DNA of 64,000 nucleotides from positions 2,336,001 to 2,400,000 of the forward strand of contig OZ220732.1 of the NCBI GenBank assembly GCA_965116905.1, in the 5' to 3' direction. Within the stretch, counting starts at the first letter, position 1. Every line of letters starts with the position of its first letter. Source of the stretch: Longimicrobiales bacterium (GTDB lineage: Bacteria; Gemmatimonadota; Gemmatimonadetes; Longimicrobiales; Gaopeijiaceae). The notes under the pieces were generated by a model that was not told where the DNA came from, searched no databases, and saw nothing but the letters and a program-made list of their open reading frames with translations. Below, one piece after another: positions 61,169-64,000 of this stretch. Position numbers and translations under genes: made by a program.

Positions 61169-62271
61169 CCCGCCACCGCCTCCGGCGCGAACGGCACCCC
61201 GAGCTCGGCGGCGAGTTCGCGCAGCCCCCTGACCGTCTCCCCGTCCACCGGGACGCCACGCTCCAGCCGCCGCCGCGCGCGCTCCTGCTCGGCCTGCCCG
61301 GGGAGCTGCACCGGCCGGGACGGGTCGATCGGCGGCGCGGACAGCACGTCGCCGATCAGCGCCTCGAAGCGCTCGGCGAAGCGCTGCCGGGGCATGAACG
61401 CGTCGATGGAGATCGCGATCATGGTGTGGGCCACGTCGTAGTTTGCGTCATCCTGAAATACCTGCGCCCCGAAGAGCGACCCCGTCAAGACGCCCGTGAG
61501 GATGTCGGTGACCAGGCTGAGCCCGTACCCCTTGTAGTCGCCGATCGGCAGCAGCGGCCCGTCCATCGCGGCGCGCGGGTCGGTGGTGCGCTCGCCGTCG
61601 GGGGTGAGCGCCCAGTGTTCGGGCATCGGCAGCCCGGCGCGCTCCAGCCACCGCATCATGCCCTTGCCCGACTGCGTAAGCGCCATGTCGAGAACGATGG
61701 GATCCCGCCCTGCGGCCGCGTCACGCGCGCGCGTCCCCCGCGGCACCGCGATCCCCCACGGGTTCGTGCCCAGCACGGGTTCCGCGGCGCCCCAGGGAGC
61801 CATCTCCGCCCCCGCGTTGGTCATCGCGATCCCGATCAGGCCCGCGTCGGCCGCGCGCTTTGCGTGGTACCCCGCGATCCCGAAGTGATTGCTATGCCGC
61901 ACGGCCACCATGGCGATCCCGGCCCCGCGTGCCATCTCGATCGACCGGTCCATCGCGCGGCGCCCGGCCACGTAGCCCAGCCCCCTGTCCGCGTCCAGCA
62001 GCGCCGTCGCGGCGCCCTCCCGTACCCACCGCATCGACGCTGCGGGCCTGATTCCGCCGTTTCGCATCCGGCGCGCGTAGCGGAACAGCTTTTCGAGCCC
62101 TTGTCCCTGTCCCGGATGCCACCAGAGCGACGCGGTGATCACGCCGTCGGCATTGACGCGCGCCTCCTCCTCCGTCGCGCCCAGCGCCCGCAGCACCGCC
62201 TCGGCGAACGCCCTGAGCGACGCCTCGCTGAAGCGCTCGACCGCGACGCGATCGTCGAGCCGGTAGGTCAA
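61165..62271 (-). CDS. Ldh_2 family oxidoreductase (malate/L-lactate/ureidoglycolate/L-sulfolactate dehydrogenase type)
   Basis: SNHFGIAG, LGTNP, LDMA, LLPIGDYKGYGL, LPG; TTG start. Confidence 0.88.
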   Translation of the reverse strand: MTYRLDDRVAVERFSEASLRAFAEAVLRALGATEEEARVNADGVITASLWWHPGQGQGLEKLFRYARRMRNGGIRPAASMRWVREGAATALLDADRGLGYVAGRRAMDRSIEMARGAGIAMVAVRHSNHFGIAGYHAKRAADAGLIGIAMTNAGAEMAPWGAAEPVLGTNPWGIAVPRGTRARDAAAGRDPIVLDMALTQSGKGMMRWLERAGLPMPEHWALTPDGERTTDPRAAMDGPLLPIGDYKGYGLSLVTDILTGVLTGSLFGAQVFQDDANYDVAHTMIAISIDAFMPRQRFAERFEALIGDVLSAPPIDPSRPVQLPGQAEQERARRRLERGVPVDGETVRGLRELAAELGVPFAPEAVAG

Positions 62272-62272
62272 G

Positions 62273-64000
62273 TCAGGGAATCAGGCGCCGCGCCCGCGGC
62301 CGGACGATGAACAGTCCTTCCCGCCGGCTCGACAACAGCACGCTCCCGCTCTCGAAGTAGGGGTACACGCTCCAGGTGCCGTCGAATCCCGCCTCGTCCG
62401 CGCTCCATGGCGTAGTGTCGAAGTAGCCCAGCTCGACGGGGTTCTCCGGATCGCTGATGTCCAGCACGCGCAGCCCGGCGCGGTTGTTCGACATGTAGAG
62501 CCGGTCGCCCTTGACGTACATGTTGTGATCCGTGGCCCGCGTGGGGTTCATGTACTCGCTGAGCAGAAGCGGGTCGTCGAGGTCCGCGAGGTCCCAGATC
62601 AGCGTGCGCGTGGCCTCCACCAGGCCGCCCACTTCGTCGAGCTCGTCGTTCGAGTAGAAGTAGCGATGATCCTCCGTCAGCCAGCCCTGATGCGCATACG
62701 CCACGTTCGGATAGTCCGCCGCGGCCACAGCGACGGGATTGTCCTTGTCGGTCACGTCGGCGATGGACAGCGCGGTCTCGTTGGAGTTCACGCAGATTTC
62801 GCGGCCGGCGTAGTCCTCGTCCGGTCCGTGGTAGATGACGCATTGCGTGTCGTGCGAGTTGCCCGTGTTGCGGCGTCCGGTGTTGGGGTGGGCGAAACAG
62901 CCCGCGAAAACGGGGTTCAACGGGTCGTTGATGTCCACCATGTGTGAGCCCCCGCCGCACGTCTCGCCGCCGTCCGAAGACCCGACCAGGTAGGCGAAGC
63001 CCGTCTCCTCGTTGATGGCGATGTTGTGCGAGGACGCGATGCCGGTGTACATCGCGTTGGCCTCGAACTCGCGCGGCTCGGTGACGTCGCGCAGCTGAGT
63101 GAGATCGAAGATCTGCATGCCGTGCTGGCCCGCCCCGTCGGCGACCACGAAGGCATGATCCCTGAACACCTTCATGTCGCGCCAGCTGTTGGCCCGGCTG
63201 CCCTCGGTCTTGGCCAGGTTGCCCAGGTAGCGCGGGTTGTAGGGGTCGGTGACATCGACGAAGGCGGTTCCGTCCATGCGGCCGACCAGCGCGTACTCGC
63301 GGCCGTCGAGCGGGTCGGTCCATCCCCACACGTCGTTCAGCCTCGCGCCCCGGCCGGCGCCCAGCTCCGCCCACGGGACGAACGAGAGCAGGTCCACGTG
63401 ATCGCAGTCATAGCCGGCGGCACCACCGTCGGCGCAGGCGATTTCGCCGCCGTTGATAGCGGGGAGGCCCGCGTAGTCTACCTTGAGCACCGCGCTGCGC
63501 GTCCACTCGCCGGAGTCGCCGGAGAACACGGTGGCGGCACCCAGTCCGAAATCGACCGAGGGGTTGCCGAGCACCGCGACATCGCCCGCCAGCGCCAGCG
63601 TCTGGCTCGGCGTGATGACGCCCCCCTCGTCGTCGGGGCCGAACAGATCCACGGTGCCCTGCAGGTTGAACGCCGTGCCTGCGCGTTCGTAGACGAACAG
63701 CCGCGGACCACTACCCACCACCAGCGCTGCGCCGTCCGAGGCGATCGACATCCCGAAGCCCGCTCGCTCAGCCGCGTCCTCCGGCCGCAGCGTGCCCACC
63801 GCCGTCCACTGACCGTCGGCGCGCGCAAAGCGGTGCACGGCTCCCTCAACGGACACGTTGCCGTCGTCACCCCGTTCCACGGTCATCTGTCCGACGAAGA
63901 TCTCGTCCTGGAACAGCGCCACGGTCGTTCCGAAGGGCATCGCGCGCGGGCCATCGGAGTCGGGCGCGTTCACCACACCGGCGGCCTCCCATCCCTGGCC
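62273..64000 (-). CDS. Choice-of-anchor B family secreted protein with FG-GAP-like repeats (5' end outside window)
   Basis: NDVWGWTDP..GREYALVG, SWRDMKV, SHNI, HQGWLTED, DELDE, DHN, WSVYPYFESG. Confidence 0.85.
   Translation of the reverse strand, partial: GQGWEAAGVVNAPDSDGPRAMPFGTTVALFQDEIFVGQMTVERGDDGNVSVEGAVHRFARADGQWTAVGTLRPEDAAERAGFGMSIASDGAALVVGSGPRLFVYERAGTAFNLQGTVDLFGPDDEGGVITPSQTLALAGDVAVLGNPSVDFGLGAATVFSGDSGEWTRSAVLKVDYAGLPAINGGEIACADGGAAGYDCDHVDLLSFVPWAELGAGRGARLNDVWGWTDPLDGREYALVGRMDGTAFVDVTDPYNPRYLGNLAKTEGSRANSWRDMKVFRDHAFVVADGAGQHGMQIFDLTQLRDVTEPREFEANAMYTGIASSHNIAINEETGFAYLVGSSDGGETCGGGSHMVDINDPLNPVFAGCFAHPNTGRRNTGNSHDTQCVIYHGPDEDYAGREICVNSNETALSIADVTDKDNPVAVAAADYPNVAYAHQGWLTEDHRYFYSNDELDEVGGLVEATRTLIWDLADLDDPLLLSEYMNPTRATDHNMYVKGDRLYMSNNRAGLRVLDISDPENPVELGYFDTTPWSADEAGFDGTWSVYPYFESGSVLLSSRREGLFIVRPRARRLIP

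Overview
High-GC, gene-dense bacterial chromosome segment with about 50 CDS and both ends inside genes. I saw no rRNA, tRNA, CRISPR array, integrase or transposase. Gene content (SusC/SusD pair, TolB-propeller amidohydrolase, S9/S10/M19 peptidases, choice-of-anchor B protein, Ig-like/plant-type-LRR/zincin lipoprotein) suggests a Gemmatimonadota-like heterotroph, possibly host-associated such as a sponge symbiont; this is inference only. The left half holds secreted peptidases/hydrolases, an operon for a Tat-exported LanC-like protein, a PLP decarboxylase and an NCS2 permease, and three toxin-antitoxin/defence islets (MqsA-HTH::HEPN fusion, Xre-RES, and AbiE with a deleted toxin active site). 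The right half (35.2-62.3 kb) is a large catabolic neighbourhood: Dpp-type ABC transporter, amidohydrolases, aminotransferases, oxidoreductases, hydantoinase and amidase. Best leads: (1) AT-rich palindromes embedded inside coding sequences against the codon bias, namely a parS-like CGTTTCAGCTGAAACG (3 copies) and ACTTAACA-N4-TGTTAAGT (2 copies), overlapping at 42565-42599; (2) two adjacent aminotransferase genes with complementary active-site losses, predicting an obligate heterodimer; (3) the HTH-HEPN fusion; (4) an amidase with a separate in-frame Tat-signal small partner. All family calls come from motif recognition by eye; no database search was run.
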